64,000 nucleotides of DNA. Origin: Selaginella moellendorffii. Lineage: Eukaryota > Plantae > Lycopodiophyta. The notes under the pieces were generated by a model. It was not told the origin of the DNA. It ran no database searches and was given only the letters and a program-made list of their open reading frames with translations. Made by a program: the position numbers and the translations under genes. The stretch spans positions 219,477 to 283,476 of the forward strand of contig NW_003314359.1 in NCBI RefSeq assembly GCF_000143415.4. The letters run 5' to 3'. This document shows, piece by piece, positions 1-10,249 of the stretch (position 1 is its first letter; each line of letters opens with the position of its first letter).

Positions 1-1158
1 CTCCCACCCAAGGCCCCTCGGCCCCAGTCTCAACCTCAAGTCAGTTTGGAAGCACCACTGGAGAGTTCCTTCAAGACTGGTTCCTGGACCTCACTATCCC
101 TATTATACTTTTGGAACCCCCTGCAGCCCCCCCCCCCGGGAAAAGCACGCTTTGGGCTTNNNNNNNNNNNNNNNNNNNNNNNNNNNNNNNNNNNNNNNNN
201 NNNNNNNNNNNNNNNNNNNNNNNNNNNNNNNNNNNNNNNNNNNNNNNNNNNNNNNNNNNNNNNNNNNNNNNNNNNNNNNNNNNNNNNNNNNNNNNNNNNN
301 NNNNNNNNNNNNNNNNNNNNNNNNNNNNNNNNNNNNNNNNNNNNNNNNNNNNNNNNNNNNNNNNNNNNNNNNNNNNNNNNNNNNNNNNNNNNNNNNNNNN
401 NNNNNNNNNNNNNNNNNNNNNNNNNNNNNNNNNNNNNNNNNNNNNNNNNNNNNNNNNNNNNNNNNNNNNNNNNNNNNNNNNNNNNNNNNNNNNNNNNNNN
501 NNNNNNNNNNNNNNNNNNNNNNNNNNNNNNNNNNNNNNNNNNNNNNNNNNNNNNNNNNNNNNNNNNNNNNNNNNNNNNNNNNNNNNNNNNNNNNNNNNNN
601 NNNNNNNNNNNNNNNNNNNNNNNNNNNNNNNNNNNNNNNNNNNNNNNNNNNNNNNNNNNNNNNNNNNNNNNNNNNNNNNNNNNNNNNNNNNNNNNNNNNN
701 NCAGCCCCCCCCCCCCTGGGAGACGCACGCTTTGGGCTTTCACCCCTTGACCCGTATTAGTATTTGGACTTAGTCTCTGGCTCGGTCTCGGACCCGATTT
801 CGGATCCGACTTCGGATTCAGTCTCGGACTCGATCTCGGACTCGATCTCGGACCCGACCTCGGACTCGACCTCGGACTCCGTCTCGGACCCGATTTCGGA
901 TCTCGGACTCCGTCTCGAACTCGGTCTCGAGCTCGGACTTCGTCTCGAACTCGGTCCCCGAGTCGGTCTCGGACTCGTTTCGAACTCGGTCGCCGAGTCG
1001 GTCTCAGACTCGTTTCCGGACTCTATCTCGAACTCGGTCCTAGAGTCGGTCTTGGACTCGATCTTTGACTTGGTCCCATCCGATGAACTCTTTGTCATTT
1101 TGGTCATGCTTTTGGGGTTCCTTTAACCTACGACACCTCGACGAGTTGGTTCCTTACA
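1..1158 (-). repeat. 3' LTR of family A element (partial; contains N gap 160-701)
   Basis: Near-identical to about 7010-7593. Begins TGTAAGG on minus, directly after the PPT GGGTGGTGGAGT (1159-1170). Contains a poly-C tract and TCGGAC-type hexamer arrays. Confidence 0.95.
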
Positions 1159-1942
1159 ACTCCACCACCCATAGAAGAAGTTCGATGCCCACATCGAACG
1201 TCTTGTTTTATCCTACGATTTATTGACCATGTCTCCGGGGGCATCCCCCCACTTAGCGGTGTGCCTAAGTTAGCCTCCCCGGCCAAGAGCCCATGACAAT
1301 GGAATATAGGTGTCCCTATACCCCTCACGTCACCACGCCCTAGTATGGGGTCGGGACTTGAACCCAGCCTTGCTTTACTAGGGGTTTGGGACTTGAACCC
1401 AACCTCCGTAGAATACGTCTACGGATGCGACATCCCCGCGGGGAGTCAGGCGTAGTGCCCTACGCCTGGTCGACCTATCCAACCCATGCTAACTAGTTAC
1501 CTTCGGCGCGCTTTCGGGTCCCAACATATGCCACTTGCTCAACTTTGCAAATTGATATTTTTAATTGAACTTTGCATAAGTACATAGAGTTCTGCCTTGC
1601 AGAAATTCCTCCACTAGATCTCGCGTGTTCGCTAGGTTCTCCTCCGGTTCCCATGTTGCTTCGCAGTGTGGAAATCCTTTCCACTTCACATGGAACTCTC
1701 TCACCTCGCGTCCTTGTCACTTGCTCTTGCGCGCATTGAGGATGGCCTCGACTTCGTATTCCTCTTCCCCTTGGATAACCTCAGGTAATGGTCTCACTTG
1801 GTCCTTGTGAAGCAGATCCTCAAAGTATGGCTTGAGTAAGTTCAAGTGGAACACTGGGTGCATCTTCCCCATCTCTCGAGGAAGTCGGAGTCGGTAAGCC
1901 ACTTTACCGATTCGTGCCTCAATCTCGTAAGGCCTCGTGAAC

Positions 1943-1994
1943 CTGCTTAAGGAACTCAAGATCAATTCATTTACAGGAATACATGCATCTTTAC
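1943..1994 (-). other. 52-nt GT-AG intron-like insertion just before the GPY/F-like motif of integrase
   Basis: CAAAG|GTAAAG...TTAAGCAG|GTTC. Removal gives KLTQRFTRPYEI. Confidence 0.85.
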
Positions 1995-2412
1995 CTTTGG
2001 GTCAACTTTCGGCTGATCCCACTTGGTAGTCTGAGGTTCTTGGTGTTCAGCCACACCTTCTCCCCAGCTTGGAACTCTACATCCCGACGCTTCTGGTTCA
2101 CGTATTTGGTTTGCCTTTGTTGAGCCCGTTCCAAGGAATCCCTCACTAGATTCCAAATGCTGAGTCTTTCCGCCGTGAATGCCTCCACTCCGGGCAACTC
2201 TCCATGATACTCGGCCACGCCGAGTTCCACAGGACCTTCAATAGCTCGCCCATTGATGACTTCCCATGGACTCACCCCGATACTCGAATGTGGTGAGTTG
2301 TTATAACACATTTCTGCAAGTCCCAAATGACTTACCCAATCGGTCTGGTCTCCCGAGACATAGCATTGCAAATAATCCTCCAGCTGCCTATTCACCCTTT
2401 CCGTTTGTCCGT

Positions 2413-2458
2413 CTGTCAAGAAGTGTTAGTGCCAACAACTTGACTTAATACCCCATAC
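2413..2458 (-). other. 46-nt GT-AG intron-like insertion in integrase core
   Basis: ACAG|GTATGG...CACTAAC...TTCTTGACAG|ACGGA. Removal gives YHPQTDGQTERVN. Confidence 0.85.
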
Positions 2459-5400
2459 CTGTCTGTGGGTGATAGGCTGTGCTAAATTTCAACTTGGTGC
2501 GATACTATTCCAGGAGAGTCCTCCAGAACCTACTGGTGAAGATCTTATCTCGATCTGAGATGATCTTTTCTGGTCTTCCCCGCACTCGAACCACTTATTC
2601 GAAGAATAGCTTTGCCACACCTTCCGCATCCACCTCCGTTGTGGTGGGTGTGAAATGTGCCATTTTCGAAAATCGGTCCACCACCACGAATATTGCATTA
2701 AACCCCTCGCTTGGGGGGAGTCCCGTGATGAAGTCCATCGTAAGACATTTCCACGGACGATCTGGAATTGGGATGCTTTGCAACAAGCCCCCACTAGCCT
2801 TAGTCACGGCTTTTACCTGCTGACATGTTGGACATGTCTTTACATAGTCTTGGACGTCCTTAGCCATATCTGGCCAATGGTACTTCCTCTTGAGTAAGCC
2901 CATCGTCTTGGGCACTCCACCGTGTCCCGCAAGAGGTCTGTCATGACACTCTTCTAAGGCCACCTTCCTTAGTTCCCCTTCTGGAACATACACCCTCGTT
3001 TGCTTGTAATAGATGAGTCCGTTGCATTCCGCATAGCCCGTTTTCTCTTTCGTTGGCAGCTCACCTCTTTGGTGAGCTTCCCATGCCTCTAGATTCCTCA
3101 GCAACACTTCTTGTGCTAGACCATCATTCTCATATACTGTCTGCACATCGTCCTAGAAGGTTGCTGTTGCGCTGGATATTGCCAACCTCAAGCTCGCTTT
3201 TCGACTTAGCGCATCCGCCACGATGTTGCTCTTCCCAGGCTTGTACAGAATCTTGCAATCAAACTCGGCCAAGGCATTGGCCCACCGACCTTGTTTCCCT
3301 CTTAGGTCGGGTTGTGACAAGAAGTGTTTCGTTGCCACATTGTCCGTCTAAACCTTGAAGTGTCTCCCAAGGTAGTGTCGCCACTCCTTGAGCGCCTTGA
3401 CCACCGCAAACAATTCCTTCTTGTGGGCAGGCCACTTCCGTTGAGCCTTGTCCAACTTCTTCGAGAAGAACGCTACCGGATGGTTGTCTTGCTTCAAAAT
3501 TGCGCCCAACGCAAAGTCCGAAGCATCTGTTTCTACCTCAAAGTCCTTACCAAAGTCTGGTAATGCCAATACAAAAGCCTTCCTCAACTTCCCTTTGAGG
3601 TGGACGAATGCCACCTCGCATTCCGCTGTCCACACCATCTTCCCTTTTCTTGTTTGGTCCGTTAAGGGCAGGGCTACTCTCGAATAATGTCTGATAAACT
3701 TTCGATAGTAGTTGCATAGCCCCAGGAATGCCCTCAACTCGTGTACATTCGATGGTCACTCCCATTCCTGGATCGCTTGGACCTTCTCCGGGTCCACCTT
3801 GAGCCCGTCCTGGCCCACCACATGCCCGAGAAACTTTACCTCTTGTTGAGCAAAGTCACATTTGCTCTCTTTAGCATACAGTTTGTGTTCCCTTAGTTTC
3901 TCAAACACCTTCGCCAAGTGTTCGGCATGCTCCTCTAGCGTCTCGCTATAGATCAGGATGTCGTCGATATAGACGACCACGAAGTGATCCAGATAGGGTA
4001 CAAAGATGTGGTTCATTAGCGCCAAAAACGTTGCCGGCGCATTACATAGCCCGAAGGGCATCACCAGAAACTCAAAGCTCCCATACCTCGTTCGACAGGT
4101 TGTCTTCTCGACATCTTCCTCGGCTACCCTGATCTGGTAGTATCCTGACCTTAGGTCAATCCTCGAGAAGTATTTTGCCTTTCCCAACCTATCAAACAGG
4201 TCCTCAATCCTTGGCAAAGGGTATTTGTTCTTCTTTGTATACTTGTTGAGCAACCGATAGTCCATGCACATGCGCATAGATCCATCTTTCTTTTTCACAA
4301 ATAACACCGGCGCCCTATACGGCGACTTGCTCAACCTAATATACCCTTTTTCCACCAACTCCTCTAGTTGGCACTTGAGCTCCTTGAGTTCTTTTTCGTT
4401 CAAACGATAAGGGGGACGAACCACCGCCTCAGCACCCTCGACCAGCTCAATCTTATGTTCTATCGGTCGTGCTGGGGGCAGCCCCGCTGGTAGCTCCTCC
4501 GGCATGGTATCCTGGAATTGGTCCAACACCTACTGGATCACTAAAGGTACTTCTTCCGTTCCTGTCTTTTTGTCACTCTTCACCGAGAGTAAGCACAAAA
4601 AGGCTGCCTTAGTTCCTTTAGTGAGTTGTCCTCTCGTGGACACCAGGTTTAAGCAGGAATCTTTGGCCTTGCTTTGCCCTACCTTTAGATCTTGGGCCTC
4701 CACCCTAGATCTTCTTCCTTGGGCATTCGCCAGTACCACAAGGTTCCTACCTTGTCCATGCAAGGCTACCACGAACCGATTGAACCAATCCATTCCGAAG
4801 ATCACGTCAAACCCCGCCATGTCCAACACAGTGAAATCCATGTCTACCTTCCAAGTTCCCACTTCGACTCTCGCTTGTCGAAGTACCTCATTGGTGCTTT
4901 GGCTACCTTGAACAAACTCTATAGTCCTTGGTTCGCCTAGCCGCTGCACCGTTAGTCCGGCTTGCCGGACTATGTCTGCAGCCACAAAATTATCCAAAGC
5001 ACCCGTGTCAATAAAGATCTTAACAAAGCTACCTCCGAGCTTCCCTCGGAGGGCTAGTAGATGTCGCGAACGACTCTCTACCAAAGTTGCTCGTGTAATG
5101 AATAACTTTGAGTTAGGGACTGGATCACATATCTCAGTTTGGACTTCACCCGACTTGATGGCCATATTAGCTCTGGCCTTCTTCGGGTAGGGACATTCCC
5201 TCGAAAAGTGTCCCGCTTCACCGCAGTTGTAGCATACGTTGTTTCCCACGCTGCTATATGACTTGACCTTCTTATCCGTGGGTTTGTCTCTTTTCGCTTG
5301 ACTCCCCCACGTACTCGCTCGCTGGCCACCGGATTTGCCTTTCCGGAACCTCGAGGACTCATTCTTAGAGAAACTCTTCTTGAATTTCCCTCTGCTAAAT

Positions 5401-6375
5401 GTTCCCCTTGGTTTGGCCCCTTTGCTAAACGTGGATCCCGACTTCGTCGTGTTCCCCTTTCGCAGGTTATCGTTGAAATGCACCTTGATGGCCGCATCCA
5501 ACGCTTCCTTGTAGTTAGTCGGGTTCCACCGCATCACTTCACCGCGAGCCCAGGTTTGCAAACCTGATATGAAGGCATGGAACGCATCTATATCCCCCAT
5601 GTCCGTGACAAGTATCCTCTTTGCCATAAACCCATTCACATACTCCTGAATGGTTCCGGTCTGCTTCAGCCTACTCAGCTCATCCTTTAGATGCAGAGTA
5701 GCATTCGGAGGAATGTAAGTTGCGCGGATCCTCACCTTCATCATTTCCCATGTGGCCACCAGTCCTTCGTTGGCCTCTGTTGTTCTCCACCAAGACTTGG
5801 CATTATCTGCCAAGTATGGTTTTGCACATGGGACCTTCTCCGAGCTCGGTAATCGCAACGCTCGGAAGTAGTCCTCCATATCATAAAACCAATCCTCCAC
5901 CACATTATAGTCGTTCACTCCCTTGAAAACCAGTGGGGGCTTTGGTTTGTACTTGGGAACTGCCTGAGGGATTAATTCCACTTCGGTCTATTCGACCTTG
6001 TCTGGTTTTGCCTTAGTCCCTGCCGAAGGGTCCGCACCTTCTGCGCTGCTAGCATCCACAGTCTTTCGCTTTTTCTTCCGCTTCTCATCACGCTTTAGCT
6101 TGTGTACGAGAGTCTCCAGCAGGGCATTGGTCTGTGCCAATTGTCCTTCTAGAATGTCCAATCAAGCCTTGGACAACCGAACCTCACCATCAGACTCCTG
6201 TTTGGAAATTGCCTCACTGGAGTTCTCCTTATGCAAGGGTTCCTCATCCATAGCCTTTTGTTCGACCGGAGGCTCCAGCTCTGGAGGAGGTTCCGTCTTT
6301 GCCTGGGTTCGCTTATGTCCTGCCCTTGCCATCTCCCAGCAATCCGCCTCTATCCTTCGCTAGAACTGAGGAAGA

Positions 6376-6388
6376 GGCTCCAATACCA
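6376..6388 (-). promoter_or_regulatory. primer binding site, initiator tRNA-Met type
   Basis: TGGTATTGGAGCC, 3 nt inside the 5' LTR; resembles the common TGGTATCAGAGCC. Confidence 0.75.
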
Positions 6389-6391
6389 AAT

Positions 6392-7593
6392 TGTAAGCCA
6401 CAAATTTTTCCTTTCCAATTTGCCAGCTTACCTCGTCTATCCGACCAACTCTGCCTTGGCTTGTGCTAAGTTCCCTCGCCAAGGTTCCCGCCTATGGTAC
6501 CAGCTCCTACTTGGTCCTACTTGGTTTCAGCTACTCACTGCACGAGCAACGGAGTGTTAGCCATCCATCTACGGATTCCCAAATCTCTCCCAATCCCCCT
6601 CCTCGGGTTAGACTGGACTTAAGGTTTGGCTACACTCCCCGCAGGCACAAGCAGCCAAGCACACCAAGCCTCTAAGTTCCTAACACCCCTTGGGACCACA
6701 AGACTTGATTATGGGACCCTCTAAATCCCAAGTCTTGGGTGCAGCACTTGCTTCGGGACGTCGGGGCGAAACACCGTGGCCTAACGGCCCAGTATGGGTA
6801 CCTCTACCCCCCCACTTCCATCCCAAAGGGAAGGCCCAAGCCCCTAGGAAGGGCAAGGACTAATGAGCCACAAGGTACTCAAGTGGGGCACCGCTCCACA
6901 TGAGCCGGGAGCACCGCAGTCAGTTTCCCTTTCGGGAGTGGGAGCTGCTCTTGAGCACTTCCTTGGGTGGCCCCTCCGGCACCACTCAAGCCCATGCTCA
7001 CTCCCACCCAAGGCCCCTCGGCCCTAGTCTCAACCTCAAGTCAGTTTGGAAGCACCACTAGAGAGTTCCTTCAAGACTGGTTCTTGAACCTCACTATCCC
7101 TACTATACTTTTGGAACCCCCTGCAGCCCCCCCCCCCCTGGGAGACGCACGCTTTGGGCTTTCACCCCTTGACCCGTATTAGTATTTGGACTTAGTCTCT
7201 GGCTCGGTCTCGGACCCGATTTCGGATCCGACTTCGGATTCAGTCTCGGACTCGATCTCGGACTCGATCTCGGACCCGACCTCGGACTCGACCTCGGACT
7301 CCGTCTCGGACCCGATTTCGGATCTCGGACTCCGTCTCGAACTCGGTCTCGAGCTCGGACTTCGTCTCGAACTCGGTCCCCGAGTCGGTCTCGGACTCGT
7401 TTCCGGACTCTATCTCGAACTCGTTTCCGGACTCTATCTCGAACTCGTTTCCGGACTCTATCTCGAACTCGGTCCTAGAGTCGGTCTTGGACTCAATCTT
7501 CGACTTGGTCCCATCCGATGAACTCTTTGTCATTTTGGTCATGCTTTTGGGGTTCCTTTAGCCTACGACACCTCGGCGAGTTGGTTCCTTACA
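6392..7593 (-). repeat. 5' LTR of family A element (1202 bp)
   Basis: TGTAAG...CTTACA terminal inverted repeats; homologous to 1-1158 and, inverted, to 44497-45659. Confidence 0.95.
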
Positions 7594-10249
7594 TCCGTCC
7601 CCACAAAGTAAAGAAGGCCATCNNNNNNNNNNNNNNNNNNNNNNNNNNNNNNNNNNNNNNNNNNNNNNNNNNNNNNNNNNNNNNNNNNNNNNNNNNNNNN
7701 NNNNNNNNNNNNNNNNNNNNNNNNNNNNNNNNNNNNNNNNNNNNNNNNNNNNNNNNNNNNNNNNNNNNNNNNNNNNNNNNNNNNNNNNNNNNNNNNNNNN
7801 NNNNNNNNNNNNNNNNNNNNNNNNNNNNNNNNNNNNNNNNNNNNNNNNNNNNNNNNNNNNNNNNNNNNNNNNNNNNNNNNNNNNNNNNNNNNNNNNNNNN
7901 NNNNNNNNNNNNNNNNNNNNNNNNNNNNNNNNNNNNNNNNNNNNNNNNNNNNNNNNNNNNCATATATTTGAAGCTTTAAACTCATCAAGCAAAAAAAAGA
8001 AATTTTTGCCTGCAATTTTCAATAAGACCTAGATATTGATTGAGGGCAAACTTATAGAGAAATCTGCAAGTCACTAGAAGATCAACACAAGAAACCATGG
8101 GCTTATGTCTATGAAATAGCTATGTTTTCAAATCCTCACCTATTACACTTTGGTGTATCCAAAGTTACAGGGGTAAGATTAATACAGTTGAATGTCATAT
8201 ACAAGTCCCTTTTGCCAGCTGAATCACACCTGGACTCCACTCCCTACTGGCCAACATATCCACTTCCTTACAGAATATGCTCCAGTAGCACTGGGTAAGC
8301 TTTGGCAAAAGTGCCCATCAATCATTCTTCTTGCTGTTATGAGCTTTGTCTTGAGCACAAATGCCTAGTTTCAGCTGATCCTTACAATTGTAAGTATCTG
8401 GAAATATCATCTAGCATTTTGACTTTCACATTCAGTTTTAGCTAGCATTTGACTAATAGATAGGTCAACATTGTCAACTCGATTGTCGAAGACTATCTTA
8501 AACATCGGATTGGCTCCCACATGTGGGGCACTCAACATGGGTGAAGTCAAATTCATGGATCCATCTAGAGGTTGTTCGTGTGCAACTTGGCGACAGATAA
8601 CATACATACATGGGATAAAGTTCCTGCAAAACCCTGTGATTGAAAGAGCTACTAAATATACAATAGATGACAATTTCTAATTGGCTATGATGAATTAGGT
8701 AAATATTCTATGTTCAAGTTTCATAAGTATTCATATTTTCATGTAAAAGTTAGTTCACTGAACTGATAGTATGCTGACATCCTTAACTCCACGCACATTG
8801 ACATGAACATTATGGGTAGAATTGTTGCTCACACTAGGATAAACATTGAGAACACTATAAGTTCTACCATCATGAATACCATGGAAAAATGCTTAGGCAT
8901 CCTGATATATCACATCCCTACTTCAAGGTTAGTAAATAACTTCCAAGGGGTTATTCCTTTTCTTGAACCTCTTGTTTCAGGTCTACTGTATCTGTTGATC
9001 AACACATGAAAGTAAAACAATTGATATTTCTGGAGGTATTGCTTGTTGATTTGTCCTCCCAACGCTACATTAACTTTTGTTGACTCATTTGTAGAATTCA
9101 ACATGCGAAAATTTAAACCCAGAGACAGTGTCATAGATCAGCTCACCCCCAACGCGACACATACTGCAGTGTGCGGTGTTGAATGCATGTTTAATCCTAA
9201 GTAACTGACAGCTAGTTTCAGCCATAACATTGCTAAGCACAAACCCATCACTTCGAAGAACAAATTTCTTCCGAAAGCTGAAGAGATGTTTGCTCCATAA
9301 TATTGTCATGAAGAATGCGTAATAAACAACCAATGTTGATGTGGCGCTCCACGTGGGTTGGCAGCGCGCTACGTCATCGGCTACCATTTCTTAAGTTGTT
9401 TGGGCAGATCTTTCTCTTGAAAATGCTTTGTTGATTCTCCGAGAAATCACTTTTTTGTAGATCTGTTGCACCAAAGAGCAAGCGATACAAGACTAACCCA
9501 GCAAGCTGGACGCCGAATTCCGCACTGGGAGCTCGATCAAGGACCGCGACAACCTGTGGCGCGGGCAACAAGAGCAGCTCCCAATCGAAGCAATGACCAG
9601 GGAAACACTTTTATAGCTCATTGATCCGGGAGGTGCTGGGACAGGAAGCGCTTCTACAACTCGTGCATCGGGGAATCGAGAGATTTCTCCAGAGATTTCT
9701 CGCTGGTGCTCGCGGCATTCAAGGCTTGCAGCTGGTGCCTCGGGCGGTGCTCAATGTTTCTTTTTGGTTGTTACATCGGCAGATGGAGCTTGTGATTCCC
9801 AAGTTAGGGCGGATGAAAAAGCGCATTCGGAGCCTTTTTCTGCGGAGAAGCATTAGCACAGCAATCACGCAGGGCCGATTGTTTGCGCCACTAGGTAATG
9901 TTGATATTAACTTCGCTTTTTGCATTGCATGGTTTGGCACAATGGATGAAAATGGAAAACCAAGAAGCTTGAATGGATTAAAGTACCATAATTGGGGAGT
10001 AAACGATGGTCAAGCAGGGCACAGAGCTCATGGAACATGGATCCTAGGGCAAGCGGCGCACTGCGGGATCGCTCATCCATTCACGAGGTAAGAATCATCT
10101 TTAGCTTGGGTGGATTTGGCGCTGGAGTGTCTTGTTTAGCTCACTCTAGGAGAAACCATTCGGTCTCTCTTGCGACTTCTTTTGCTTAAGACGCGCTCAT
10201 ATTTTTCTTTCCTTCTCTTGTGTAGCTTAAAAAAAAATGGAAGACTCTG

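Larger units (their letters stand above)
1493..6332 (-). pseudogene. gag-pol polyprotein (Gag with CCHC knuckle, protease, RT, RNase H, integrase, chromodomain) with premature stops and intron-like insertions
   Basis: ATG at 6332. Motifs: CYNCGEAGHFSREC, FIDTGA, YIDD, TDAS, HD...GH/CPTC zinc finger, MDF..SDR..TER triad, and chromodomain YEVEAIL...VKWKGF...TWEPEENL. Eight in-frame stops (6162, 5988, 4530, 3756, 3348, 3153, 2595, 1717). The only frame breaks are the insertions at 2413-2458 and 1943-1994. Confidence 0.93.
1..7593 (-). mobile_element. Ty3/gypsy LTR retrotransposon with chromodomain integrase (chromovirus, family A), decayed; 3' LTR runs off the left window edge
   Basis: Two LTR copies ending ...TTCCTTACA (1158 and 7593). 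iMet-type PBS and PPT present. Domain order gag-PR-RT-RH-IN-CHD on the minus strand. Confidence 0.97.

Noticed and set aside
36-773. Long ORFs spanning the first N run
   Set aside because: Artefacts of translating N. The sequence on either side of the gap overlaps (121-159 repeats 702-739 around a poly-C tract), so the gap is probably not real sequence.
757-1126. Ser/Asp/Glu-rich repeat ORFs in family A LTRs (also 7186-7542 and 44548-44862)
   Set aside because: Produced by stop-poor hexamer arrays open in several frames on both strands; no coding signal.
1224-1320. Hammerhead (retrozyme) or HDV-like ribozyme in the conserved 3' motif
   Set aside because: No CUGANGA/GAAA core, and I could not fit an HDV nested pseudoknot; kept only as an unassigned structure.
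4530-4532. TAG between protease and RT as a programmed readthrough site
   Set aside because: One of eight scattered in-frame stops, mostly explicable as C>T decay; nothing singles it out.
7518-8022. ORFs spanning the second N run
   Set aside because: N artefacts. The missing DNA probably corresponds to the gypsy fragment at about 16077-16412.
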